This document shows, in pieces, positions 53,701-62,203 of a stretch of 64,000 nucleotides of DNA. Made by a program: the position numbers and the translations under genes. The stretch is taken from positions 26,170-90,169 of the forward strand of contig DBDW01000009.1 in NCBI GenBank assembly GCA_002293825.1, written 5' to 3'. The notes below the pieces were generated by a model, which worked only from the letters and a program-made list of their open reading frames with translations, made no database searches and was not told the DNA's origin. How positions within the stretch are numbered: the stretch's first letter is position 1; each line of letters starts with the position of its first letter. This DNA is from Candidatus Magasanikbacteria bacterium UBA922 (GTDB taxonomy: Bacteria > Patescibacteriota > Patescibacteriia > Magasanikbacterales > UBA922).

Positions 53701-54235
53701 TGTTATATGCCCAATGAATACCTGTGTTAAACCATTGTGGAGAATTGGGAGCTGCCATCTGACGAAGCAACATAACCACCAACTCATCATAAAAAATTTC
53801 AGCATCTTTTGGAGTAGCAAAATACCCATAGCGCTCTCCCCAATAACGCCACGTACCAGCAAGTCGATGAATAGTCTGTTTTGCCGAAGTTTCAGGTCCA
53901 AGCATGGGAGACCCGTCGGCATTTTTCTTGGGAGTTCCATCAGCATTCATCTGTGGTACACCTGTCTTACGAAAATACTTTTGCGCAATAATATCAGTTG
54001 CCACTTGTGACCACTGTTTTGGAATTTCAATATCTTTCATCTCAAACACTACCTTACCATTAGGCTCACGAATCGCACTTGTGCGTTTTTCATATTCCAC
54101 CATATCAAACGGACTCTTCCCTTCTTCGCTAAACAAACGTTTAAAACGAAGTCCATTTTCATTATAAAAAAACTGGGTATCGTCAGCTTGTCCCAATTTT
54201 ACGCTTTGTACAAACTTTGAATCAGTCGGACCCAT
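50750..54235 (-). CDS. nrdJ: Adenosylcobalamin-dependent class II ribonucleotide reductase with a C-terminal Cys4 zinc ribbon
   Basis: 1161 aa. RNR active-site [21 protein letters not shown]. B12-dependent family blocks. The C-terminal zinc ribbon is CPTCG...CYKCLNCG. Confidence 0.85.
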   Translation of the reverse strand: [1161 protein letters not shown]

Positions 54236-54373
54236 AGATGATAAGTTAGGAAAATGAATAAATCTTACACATCACCATACACCCTCTTAAAATCCCGAAC
54301 GTTCGTATAGTTACGAAACCGTTTAGGTGAAAAAACCTCCGCTCATTCTACTATAGAATTATTTCGGAGGTTC

Positions 54374-54419
54374 ACTGTATATAGTGTTATAAAGAATTTT
54401 ACACCACAATATGTTGTGT
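54374..54419 (-). promoter_or_regulatory. Two putative NrdR boxes upstream of nrdJ
   Basis: The reverse complement of 54374-54389 reads AACACTATATACAGTG. 54404-54419 reads CCACAATATGTTGTGT. Both approximate the 16-bp NrdR palindrome acaCwAtATaTwGtgt, with centres 30 bp apart. Confidence 0.45.
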
Positions 54420-54951
54420 TTGATGTGTCGCAGAGAGTAGTATAACATATTTAAAAATCCCCACCAAGTAAGCGAAGTAAAGGCAAAAAAAAGGCTTATC
54501 CACACAAAAGAAAAGTTGGTGTGGAAAAACCTGTGCGTAAATCAAAAAAATAGAAAACCCTCCATAACAATGGAGGGTCGCCTGTGGCCGAAAGCAGACA
54601 ATATTAGTCGCTCTCAAAGCTGATCCACCCAAACACGAGCGTATCGTAGATGGGATTTTTGCCGAGAAAAAGAACGAACACTGTACCAGGAATATTCGTG
54701 ACGACTGTGGTAAGCATCACCGTGTAGGCACCCAATGCACGGGAGACATGCGTGGGCATGAGCTTATCCAGACGATCACGAGCCTCTTCATCTCCCATAA
54801 AACTGGTCTCTCCGCCAAAAATAGATCGAGTATTTTCACTCACAGGGACACCTCCATGAGACTGTGGGAAGAAAAAAATATACACCCAAATCACGTATCT
54901 GTCAATCAGATACTATAGTTTCCACATACTCAGGTGTATCTTGTATAATGC

Positions 54952-56043
54952 ATGTGCTACACTACCCCTACTATGACACATCCCAAACAAGAACATGACT
55001 GGTTTACCGAAGAAGTAGGTACGGAAGAACGATTACTTCAGCCCGAAACCCTCGAGAATACTCCAGAGGTTGAATTTGATGTAACACTACGTCCACAATC
55101 ACTGATTGATTTTGTGGGACAAGAGCATATCAAAACCCCTCTCTCAATCTCTATTGAAGCTGCAAAAAAAAGAGAAGAGCCGCTCGAACATGTGCTCCTA
55201 TACGGAAACCCAGGACTCGGAAAAACAACACTCGCATCAATCATTGCACGAGAAATGAATGTGAATATCAAAGTAACTGCAGGACCTGCGCTTGAACGCG
55301 TCGGAGACCTCGCAGCAATACTCTCGAATCTCAAACGAGGCGACGTATTGTTTATTGATGAAATTCATCGTATCAATAAGTCGGTCGAAGAAGTATTATA
55401 CAGTGCAATGGAAGATTATGCGCTTGATATCATTATTGGCAAAGGACCAGCAGCACGAACACTCCGAATGCCACTTGAACGCTTTACACTCATCGGCGCG
55501 ACCACCAAACTCAATTTATTATCCCCCCCACTTAGGGATCGTTTTGGGCATGTATACCATCTCAATTTTTACGAACATGCAGACATTGCTCGAATCGTCT
55601 CTCGCAATGCACAGTTACTCGAAGTCACTATTGAACCTACAGCAACCACACTCATCGCCGAACGCTCACGCCGCACACCACGCGTAGCGAATCGCCTACT
55701 CAAACGTGTTCGCGATTATGCCGAAGTGAGACACAATGGTATAATTTCAGACACAAGTGCCGAACACGCACTACACATGCTGAATGTCGATCAGTACGGT
55801 CTTGATGAAATTGATCGTAAAATACTTACCTCAATTATCACCCTATTTGAAGGCGGGCCAGTAGGGCTCAACACCCTTGCAGCAGCAGTAGCCGAAGAAA
55901 TGGAAACTATCGAGCAAGTGTACGAGCCCTATCTAATCCAGATCGGCATGCTCGAACGCACACCACGCGGACGAAAAGTTACCGCAAAAGCACAAGAACA
56001 TTTGAAATCAAAAATTCGAAGCTCAAAACAAGAGAGTACATAG
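54952..56043 (+). CDS. ruvB: Holliday junction branch-migration ATPase RuvB
   Basis: Walker [12 protein letters not shown]. RuvB sensor motifs. Winged-helix C-terminus. Confidence 0.9.
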   Translation: MCYTTPTMTHPKQEHDWFTEEVGTEERLLQPETLENTPEVEFDVTLRPQSLIDFVGQEHIKTPLSISIEAAKKREEPLEHVLLYGNPGLGKTTLASIIAREMNVNIKVTAGPALERVGDLAAILSNLKRGDVLFIDEIHRINKSVEEVLYSAMEDYALDIIIGKGPAARTLRMPLERFTLIGATTKLNLLSPPLRDRFGHVYHLNFYEHADIARIVSRNAQLLEVTIEPTATTLIAERSRRTPRVANRLLKRVRDYAEVRHNGIISDTSAEHALHMLNVDQYGLDEIDRKILTSIITLFEGGPVGLNTLAAAVAEEMETIEQVYEPYLIQIGMLERTPRGRKVTAKAQEHLKSKIRSSKQEST

Positions 56044-56048
56044 TAAAA

Positions 56049-56384
56049 TTGCACACACCGCACCAACTTCTTATTTATATCTTACCTGCATCTCCTGAAC
56101 AACCTCAAAAACCTCACCAACCTTATATGATCTCCTTCCCGCTTTATTTCTTCCTCTTCGCATATTTACTCTTCTTGTGTATTTTTATCATCTTTTCCCT
56201 GATCAATGCATATCACATCATTTCCACCGGCATGCTCACACTTGCGAGTTTTACGATTACCACAATCACCGTCATACTCACCGTAGCAACACTATATCTT
56301 ACCTGGCAACATATTGCTCAGATTGATTGGAAGCAGCCTTTTATATTCTTCGGAGAAGAACATTCAATCGAAACCGATTTCTAA
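56049..56384 (+). CDS. Small hypothetical membrane protein
   Basis: Two or three TM helices. The start is possibly at the internal Met (56127). Confidence 0.3.
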   Translation: MHTPHQLLIYILPASPEQPQKPHQPYMISFPLYFFLFAYLLFLCIFIIFSLINAYHIISTGMLTLASFTITTITVILTVATLYLTWQHIAQIDWKQPFIFFGEEHSIETDF

Positions 56385-56396
56385 AATACGTATTCT

Positions 56397-56939
56397 ATGC
56401 GCATACAAAGATTCGTCAAGCTAAAAGAGTATGAACAGATAGTCTACATACTTCGCAGACACCCGCTTACATTCATCCCTACGGCTGTTTTATTTATTGC
56501 ACTACTACTTATTCCCGTTATTCTATACACACTCATCAGGCCAGTATATGGAGATTTTTTTTCTGGACCAAATGTATATCCACTCATGATATTAGGAGGA
56601 AGTGTATACTACCTCTCTATTTATTTATTTTTCTACGCATATTTTATCGATTTCTATCTTGATGTCTGGATTATTACAAATGACAGAATCATCGACAACG
56701 AACAGCATGGATTATTTCACCACACCACCACCGAATTGGAACTACACAATATCCAAGACGTCACTTCACAAACAGCGGGAATCATTGGAACATTTTTCAA
56801 ATTCGGAGACGTGACAATAAAAACTTCTTCTGTAACCACCACCATTGTATTTCGACAAATTCCTAATCCAAGCAAAATTCGCGCCGAATTAATCAAACTC
56901 GCAGACGAAGATCGAAAACATCATCGCACTCAAAAATAA
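56397..56939 (+). CDS. Membrane protein with a bacterial PH-like (bPH_2/DUF304) domain
   Basis: Two TM helices followed by a roughly 90-aa beta-rich domain. This layout is typical of YdbS/YdbT-like proteins. Confidence 0.35.
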   Translation: MRIQRFVKLKEYEQIVYILRRHPLTFIPTAVLFIALLLIPVILYTLIRPVYGDFFSGPNVYPLMILGGSVYYLSIYLFFYAYFIDFYLDVWIITNDRIIDNEQHGLFHHTTTELELHNIQDVTSQTAGIIGTFFKFGDVTIKTSSVTTTIVFRQIPNPSKIRAELIKLADEDRKHHRTQK

Positions 56940-56957
56940 TAAACATTTTTAACTCAT

Positions 56958-57260
56958 GTGTACAACATAATATTTCTCGGTACGTATCTCGCGACGATAA
57001 ACCTGTTCACCTGGCTCGTATTTGCGTTCGACAAATCACAATCACTTCGAAACAAAAAAAGGGTGTCAGAAAAAACACTGCTCATGTTAAGTGCAGCTGG
57101 TGGTTCTCTCGGCGCACTTGCAGGCATGAACATGTTTCGACACAAAACCAAAAAGCTCTCATTTCAACTCCCGTTTTTTATCATCATCGCATTACAAACT
57201 CTTCTCGTGACATGGTTAATCTATCACCGATATTCGCTGTCAGATACTTTTTTTAGCTAA
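56958..57260 (+). CDS. DUF1294 family small membrane protein
   Basis: FDKSQSLRNKKRVSEKTLL...GGSLGALAGMNMFRHKT matches the DUF1294 pattern. Confidence 0.45.
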   Translation: MYNIIFLGTYLATINLFTWLVFAFDKSQSLRNKKRVSEKTLLMLSAAGGSLGALAGMNMFRHKTKKLSFQLPFFIIIALQTLLVTWLIYHRYSLSDTFFS

Positions 57261-57262
57261 AC

Positions 57263-57292
57263 AAAAACACCCGTTTCCGGGTGTTTTATGTA
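57263..57292. terminator. Bidirectional rho-independent terminator between convergent genes
   Basis: aaaacacccgtttccgggtgtttta. Confidence 0.55.
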
Positions 57293-57299
57293 TAAAATT

Positions 57300-57866
57300 T
57301 TACTCGACTACACGTCCACCGTATTCTCCAGTTTCAGTATTGACCGTGATTTCCTCACCCTCTTTGATAAAGATTGGTGCTTGAATTTTCAATCCATTAT
57401 CTAGTTCAATCTCTTTAGTCACATTACCGCTAGTACTATCACCCTTTACTGCTGGAGGTGCTGTTTTTACAGTATACGTTACTTTCTTTGGAAGCTGAAT
57501 CGCTACCACATTTCCCTCATGAAGCGAAGCTACTACCTCAAGCCCTTCCTTGAGATAGGGGGCATCCTCACCGACAACAGAAGCAGAGACATCAAGAGTT
57601 TCGTATGATTCTTTATTCATAAAAGAATAAAAATCTCCATTCTGGTATAAATACTGAAGATTTTCATGAAACACATCGACAATATCTACACTTTCTCCAC
57701 TTTTAAAAGTCATTTCAGTGCCTTTTGCCCCATCAATTGATTTAAGCTTGGTTTTGGTAAATGCCTGTCCTTTTCCAGGATTTACAAACTGAAACGTAGT
57801 CACGACATACAATGTACCGTTATGGCGAATGACGGCACCTTTCTTGATTTCTGAAGTATCTGCCAT
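57300..57866 (-). CDS. efp: Elongation factor P
   Basis: KGQAFTKTKLKS contains the conserved modified Lys loop. Three OB-fold domains. Confidence 0.85.
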   Translation of the reverse strand: MADTSEIKKGAVIRHNGTLYVVTTFQFVNPGKGQAFTKTKLKSIDGAKGTEMTFKSGESVDIVDVFHENLQYLYQNGDFYSFMNKESYETLDVSASVVGEDAPYLKEGLEVVASLHEGNVVAIQLPKKVTYTVKTAPPAVKGDSTSGNVTKEIELDNGLKIQAPIFIKEGEEITVNTETGEYGGRVVE

Positions 57867-57887
57867 AAAAAATAATAAAATAAATAA

Positions 57888-58925
57888 CTAATCACTATAC
57901 ATTTTTCGCATCGGCAATACTAACACGTCCTCGATATTTTTGCAACCAGTCAAGCTCATCACCAATCGATCTATTCCCAAAGAAATTCCAGCTGAATTCG
58001 GCAGGTTTCGTACTGCCTCGAGAAATTCGTGATCGATCGGATATATTTTTTTTCCATACATACGTCGCTCACTCTGTTCAAAAATAAATCGACGCTCCTG
58101 CTCATCAGCATCAGTCAATTCTTCAAAACCATTAGTCAATTCTACCCCATCAATATACGCCTCAACCCGTCGTGCATACCGGCCATCAGAAGTGAGAAGG
58201 GATAAAGACGCCATTGCACTCGGATACTCATAAATCATCACCAACCCCATAGAAGATATCACGGGCTCAATTTCACTCAAAAAAATACGATAAAAAACCT
58301 CCTCATACTGCTCAGCATCTGAAACCACAAATCCTTTCTCACGTACACATGCAATCAAATCCTGAGTAGTAAGCGCAGTATCAAGATCAATCGCAAGAAT
58401 ATCAAGCCACAATTGTCGCATACTAATACGCTTCCAGGACTCCGTGAGAAATCGATCTGTATACACGCGAAATTCTGGATATCGATCGCTCACACGAGTA
58501 GCAACAAAACGACATAATTGTTCGGTATCATCCATAATATCCTCAAGCGAAGATCCGACACGATACCACTCGGCCATGGTAAATTCAGGATGGTGTGTAT
58601 GGCTCATGCTCTCATGATTACGAAAAACTTTTCCCAGATAAAAAATTCGATCAAACCCAGAAGCAAGCATTTTCTTCATCGTATATTCAGGTGACGTGTG
58701 CAACACACCAGGAAACACACGTGCACGATCATCGCGCACCGCAAGTTCCATAACCTCAATATTGGGTTCCTGCCCAGGAGAAGCTACGATATGGGGTGAT
58801 TCAATTTCCATCAATCCTTGGGTCCAAAAATATTCTCGAACTGCACGAAGAATTTCAAAACGAGCCTCAAGAGTTGATCGATGAGACGTAATGTGATGAA
58901 GATGAATACCAAGACTATGTTTCAT
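57888..58925 (-). CDS. epmA: EF-P--(R)-beta-lysine ligase (PoxA/GenX, class II LysRS paralog)
   Basis: Class II aaRS motifs 1-3 without an anticodon-binding domain. Adjacent to efp. Confidence 0.7.
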   Translation of the reverse strand: MKHSLGIHLHHITSHRSTLEARFEILRAVREYFWTQGLMEIESPHIVASPGQEPNIEVMELAVRDDRARVFPGVLHTSPEYTMKKMLASGFDRIFYLGKVFRNHESMSHTHHPEFTMAEWYRVGSSLEDIMDDTEQLCRFVATRVSDRYPEFRVYTDRFLTESWKRISMRQLWLDILAIDLDTALTTQDLIACVREKGFVVSDAEQYEEVFYRIFLSEIEPVISSMGLVMIYEYPSAMASLSLLTSDGRYARRVEAYIDGVELTNGFEELTDADEQERRFIFEQSERRMYGKKIYPIDHEFLEAVRNLPNSAGISLGIDRLVMSLTGCKNIEDVLVLPMRKMYSD

Positions 58926-59006
58926 ACTATCCTGAACATAGAGTAAAAAAGGTCATTTGTCAATCGTGATACAGGGTCAGTATAACACGATCCAAGCGAT
59001 AAAATG

Positions 59007-59035
59007 TTGACAACAGATTGAAAATCACGTACTAT
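59007..59035 (+). promoter_or_regulatory. Sigma70-like promoter for the tRNA gene cluster
   Basis: TTGACA-17 nt-TACTAT ending 8 nt before tRNA-Gly. Confidence 0.5.
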
Positions 59036-59043
59036 ACGGCCTA

Positions 59044-59115
59044 CACAAAACAAGCGGGTATCGTATAACGGCTATTATCTCAGTTTTCCAAACTGATGAC
59101 GCGGGTTCGACTCCC
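59044..59115 (+). tRNA. tRNA-Gly (anticodon UCC)
   Basis: Hand fold: acceptor gcgggta/tacccgc, anticodon stem tcagt/actga with loop tttccaa, T-arm gcggg-ttcgact-cccgc. Confidence 0.75.
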
Positions 59116-59325
59116 GCTACCCGCTCAGGATCTTCATACAAGATCATTGAAATTTTCATTCTTCAGTACCTATCCTGACATGTCGAACAAGGGAAGGGTG
59201 AAACCGTCAGGTTTCACATGCTGAGGAAAGTATTTGAAAACCCGAAGGTTTTCAAAAGAAGAGCGAAGCGATGAGTGAGACTCCCGCTACCCGCTCAGGA
59301 TCTTCATACAAGATCTACATGTTCC
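59099..59325 (+). repeat. 37-bp direct repeat: the tRNA-Gly(UCC) 3' end plus 22 nt of downstream flank, duplicated 190 bp downstream
   Basis: gactcccgctacccgctcaggatcttcatacaagatc is present at 59099-59135 and again at 59289-59325. The spacer contains two perfect hairpins, gtgaaacc..ggtttcac and tttgaaaacc..ggttttcaaa. Confidence 0.7.
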
Positions 59326-59405
59326 AGCACTTCCTGATCACACATCGGAACCACATCAAAAAATGCTGGTAAAAATGAGATAAAGGACGTACAATATATA
59401 CACAT

Positions 59406-59479
59406 CGCGGGGTAGAGCAGCCAGGCAGCTCGTCGGGCCCATAACCCGAAGGTCGGGGGTTCAAATCCCTCCCCCGCAA
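59406..59479 (+). tRNA. Initiator tRNA-fMet (anticodon CAU)
   Basis: Near-identical to E. coli tRNAfMet, with the C1xA72 mismatch and three G:C pairs closing the anticodon stem (tcggg/cccga). Confidence 0.85.
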
Positions 59480-59502
59480 CAAAGGATCTCACAATTTAGA
59501 AT

Positions 59503-59576
59503 GCGGTAGTAGCTCAGTTGGTTAGAGCGTCTCCTTGCCAAGGAGAAGGTCGCCAGTTCGAATCTGGTTTACCGCT
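59503..59576 (+). tRNA. tRNA-Gly (anticodon GCC)
   Basis: Hand fold: acceptor gcggtag/ttaccgc, anticodon stem tctcc/ggaga with loop ttgccaa, T-arm gccag-ttcgaat-ctggt. Confidence 0.8.
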
Positions 59577-59578
59577 CA

Positions 59579-59702
59579 GTGAATTGTTTACAATTCACGT
59601 TTGGTATGGTAACATATCAGACATACACATGGGATTAGAAATTGTCCCCTACTGTATGGCCAACGCAAAATCCACCCAAAAGGGTGGATTTGTGTTTTAT
59701 TG
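59579..59702. terminator. Two terminator hairpins after the tRNA cluster
   Basis: gtgaattg-ttta-caattcac at 59579-59598. aaatccaccc-aaaa-gggtggattt followed by TTTTATT at 59669-59702. Confidence 0.5.
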
Positions 59703-59714
59703 AGGCCATGTTTA

Positions 59715-61274
59715 TTACCGAAGCAAACGCCTTTTCAAAGAAAAATAGCGATACCACCCACCACACATTGCCACAAACAAGACAACGAATGAACCTCCCA
59801 CAAACAATGGACTTGAAATAAAATTCCAAACTTTCATAGTACGCGTAATCTGCATCTCACGCACCTCTACTTGATGGACCACAGATCGCGGACCAAGCTC
59901 ATCAAAAGCTCCCAGCACTTGCATCGACAATTCATACACACCTGTGGACAAAATAGGGTCACTTACAAACAAAAAGTTTCCCTCTGTATCAGTTTCAATA
60001 ACATATGTTTCTATTTTTCCACCAGGAGTCTTCAAAGAAACATGAATTTTTGCATTCGAATATGAAACCACCCCTCGTGCATACACATTTTCACCTACTA
60101 CAATAGGATACAATGTATTGAGAATGCGCGGAGTAAACAATGGCGGAACTACTATTGAAAAAATTTGTTCACGGAAATTCCCTGCTTTATCATACACAAC
60201 TACCCGAATTTTCTGCTGACCTAATATAGTATCAGGCACAGTCAAAGAAGTTCCCAGAGCCCCTTCCCCCATACGCACCATGGAACCATCGTCAAAAAAG
60301 ATTTCATAAAAATTCACACCAGAAACACCATCAGTGGCCTGAAGAGAGATTAGCACACGCTCAGAATCTTTATCTTCTTGCAGAGAAAGGTTCTCAGGAA
60401 TACCTGTATCCACCTGTATCGCATAACTAGCTACAGGCGACCATACATTATTTTTTCGATATCTGATAGTAAAATACCAGACACCGTCATCAGAAAGGAT
60501 TATTTCTTGTGAAGAATTTTTTACAGACACCTCAGTAGTAGGAATAAATCCCGGCTCTCTACTTACCCCAAACTGAAGATTTTGTAAATTTTGCAAAATG
60601 TTCCATTCCATTTTCACTTTTCTACTGTTATACCAAAAATTTTGATTCGAGTGTGTAGGAGAAGAAAGAGATAGTGTGGAAAGCTGTTCAGGCACATTTT
60701 TATTAATCTCAGTCGGCAGTGGTTTGGATACAGCGGGAATAGAAGGAAGTACTGCTTGTTCTGGCTTAGTCACTTCTTGAACATCAATCAAAATTGAGGC
60801 AGAACCAGCCCCTTGAAAAATATTTGTACCAAGGCCATCATTTTCTCGTATTGAGGCACCCGAGATTGCAAATGAAGCAGTGCCTGTTTTTTTTGTCTTA
60901 AAAGTGACAGAAAAAATCTCACCAACACCACTAAAACCCGGATTAACAACTCCACCATTAAAAGATATAAGGCCCGAAGCGTTTGAAAAATTTGGGCTCT
61001 CTACCCACAATGAAAAAATTGATTTCCCAGTGTTCAACGATGTTACCTCAACCAAATCTGCAGGAAAGGTGATCACAGCTTCAGCGTTATTAATAAATTT
61101 TTCTTTCGTATTTATCACAACACGAAGCGTAAAAGAATCCCCCTGAGTTACACGCGTAGCAGAAACAGTCGCCCCCATAGTCGCAGCAAAAACACGTTCA
61201 GTAAAATAACCAAAAAACAAAAGAAAAAATCCTAGAAAAAATAAATAAAAAACACGCGAATAAACCTGTTTCAT
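59715..61274 (-). CDS. Cell-surface protein with an N-terminal cohesin-like domain, Ig-like middle region and a C-terminal TM anchor
   Basis: Signal/TM at the N-terminus. The cohesin-like beta-sandwich stretch is ...FTLRVVINTKEKFINNAEAVITFPADLVEV.... C-terminal hydrophobic anchor plus basic tail. Shares a YDKAGN motif with the adjacent paralog. Confidence 0.5.
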   Translation of the reverse strand: MKQVYSRVFYLFFLGFFLLFFGYFTERVFAATMGATVSATRVTQGDSFTLRVVINTKEKFINNAEAVITFPADLVEVTSLNTGKSIFSLWVESPNFSNASGLISFNGGVVNPGFSGVGEIFSVTFKTKKTGTASFAISGASIRENDGLGTNIFQGAGSASILIDVQEVTKPEQAVLPSIPAVSKPLPTEINKNVPEQLSTLSLSSPTHSNQNFWYNSRKVKMEWNILQNLQNLQFGVSREPGFIPTTEVSVKNSSQEIILSDDGVWYFTIRYRKNNVWSPVASYAIQVDTGIPENLSLQEDKDSERVLISLQATDGVSGVNFYEIFFDDGSMVRMGEGALGTSLTVPDTILGQQKIRVVVYDKAGNFREQIFSIVVPPLFTPRILNTLYPIVVGENVYARGVVSYSNAKIHVSLKTPGGKIETYVIETDTEGNFLFVSDPILSTGVYELSMQVLGAFDELGPRSVVHQVEVREMQITRTMKVWNFISSPLFVGGSFVVLFVAMCGGWYRYFSLKRRLLR

Positions 61275-62194
61275 GCAAGTGTTTTAGAACGCATATTTCG
61301 TCTTTTTTTCACAAAGACAAAACTTATTAGAAAAACAAGTATCAAAACAGCGCCCAATACAAACCAAGGCATGTTCCCATCAGATATCTCACGAGGCACA
61401 AATTCAACAACTCGACGATTTCCTGCTTTATCAAAAGCAACAATCTCAACACGAGAGGTTCCATCCTGATTCTGAAGCACATATTCAGATCCAGATCGCA
61501 CTGACACAAAACCATCTTCAGTTATCTGAAGATAATCAATACCAGATTCTTCGTCACGCACCTCAATAGACAAAAATAATTGCCCACCAAAAAGACTAGG
61601 ATCGCTTCCTAGAGTTGCCTGAAGTACTGAAGGAGGAGTATTATCACTCGCAATCATCTCTCGAAGCATATCTTTACGCTCTCCATCTTTTTCTACAGAA
61701 ACAATATCCAATACCAAAGGAGTAAAATCTACTGCTTGTACAGTGCCGGCACCATTATGTAAATATGCAATCAAATCAACCGCACTAATCTCTAAACGCC
61801 CTTCTTTCTGACCTTCGAGCGCCAACGTAAAGACTTGGGCACCATCACTCTTAACACCTCCTGGCTCACCCGCTACAAAGGAAATAGAATGATCCTGTGA
61901 AGACCATGATGGTTTTCGAGACCACAAAGAAAATTGGCTCCCTCCGACACTAATTTCTCTCACTCGCACACTCTCAAAATCACCATTAAAACGAAGAGAT
62001 CCTTCGAGAACATTTATTTCTGCACCTTGTGTATTTATTCGAACAGTTACAAGCACGGTATCTCCAATCTGGAAGACTGACTCATCTACACCTACCTGCA
62101 ATAGCGCTCCATATGCCGGCGTACCTGAAAAAATAAACACTATAAATAATGCACAAACACACAAACACTTTTTTATCAAAAAGGAAGTAAACAT
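61271..62194 (-). CDS. Cohesin-like domain surface protein with a C-terminal TM anchor (paralog of the downstream gene)
   Basis: N-terminal signal, then LLQVGVDESVFQIGDTVLVTVRINTQGAEINVLEGSLRFNGDFESV, which is cohesin-like. C-terminal TM plus KKRRN. Overlaps the next gene by 4 nt (operon). Confidence 0.5.
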   Translation of the reverse strand: MFTSFLIKKCLCVCALFIVFIFSGTPAYGALLQVGVDESVFQIGDTVLVTVRINTQGAEINVLEGSLRFNGDFESVRVREISVGGSQFSLWSRKPSWSSQDHSISFVAGEPGGVKSDGAQVFTLALEGQKEGRLEISAVDLIAYLHNGAGTVQAVDFTPLVLDIVSVEKDGERKDMLREMIASDNTPPSVLQATLGSDPSLFGGQLFLSIEVRDEESGIDYLQITEDGFVSVRSGSEYVLQNQDGTSRVEIVAFDKAGNRRVVEFVPREISDGNMPWFVLGAVLILVFLISFVFVKKRRNMRSKTLA

Positions 62195-62203
62195 ACAGAA
62201 AAA

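Noticed and set aside
50816-54167. Many small ORFs antisense to nrdJ, and antisense ORFs inside pnp, rpsB, prfA and gyrB
   Set aside because: They overlap strongly supported long genes and have no motifs.
50750-54235. Possible intein in the unusually long (1161 aa) class II RNR
   Set aside because: No intein block A/B/F/G motifs (no Cys/Ser-led insertion, no TxxH or terminal HN). The RNR motifs are continuous. The extra length seems to be lineage-specific insertions plus the C-terminal zinc ribbon.
54604-54894. 96-aa minus-strand ORF between nrdJ and ruvB
   Set aside because: It lies in the nrdJ upstream regulatory region where the NrdR boxes are found, has no motifs and lacks a convincing start context. 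Left uncalled.
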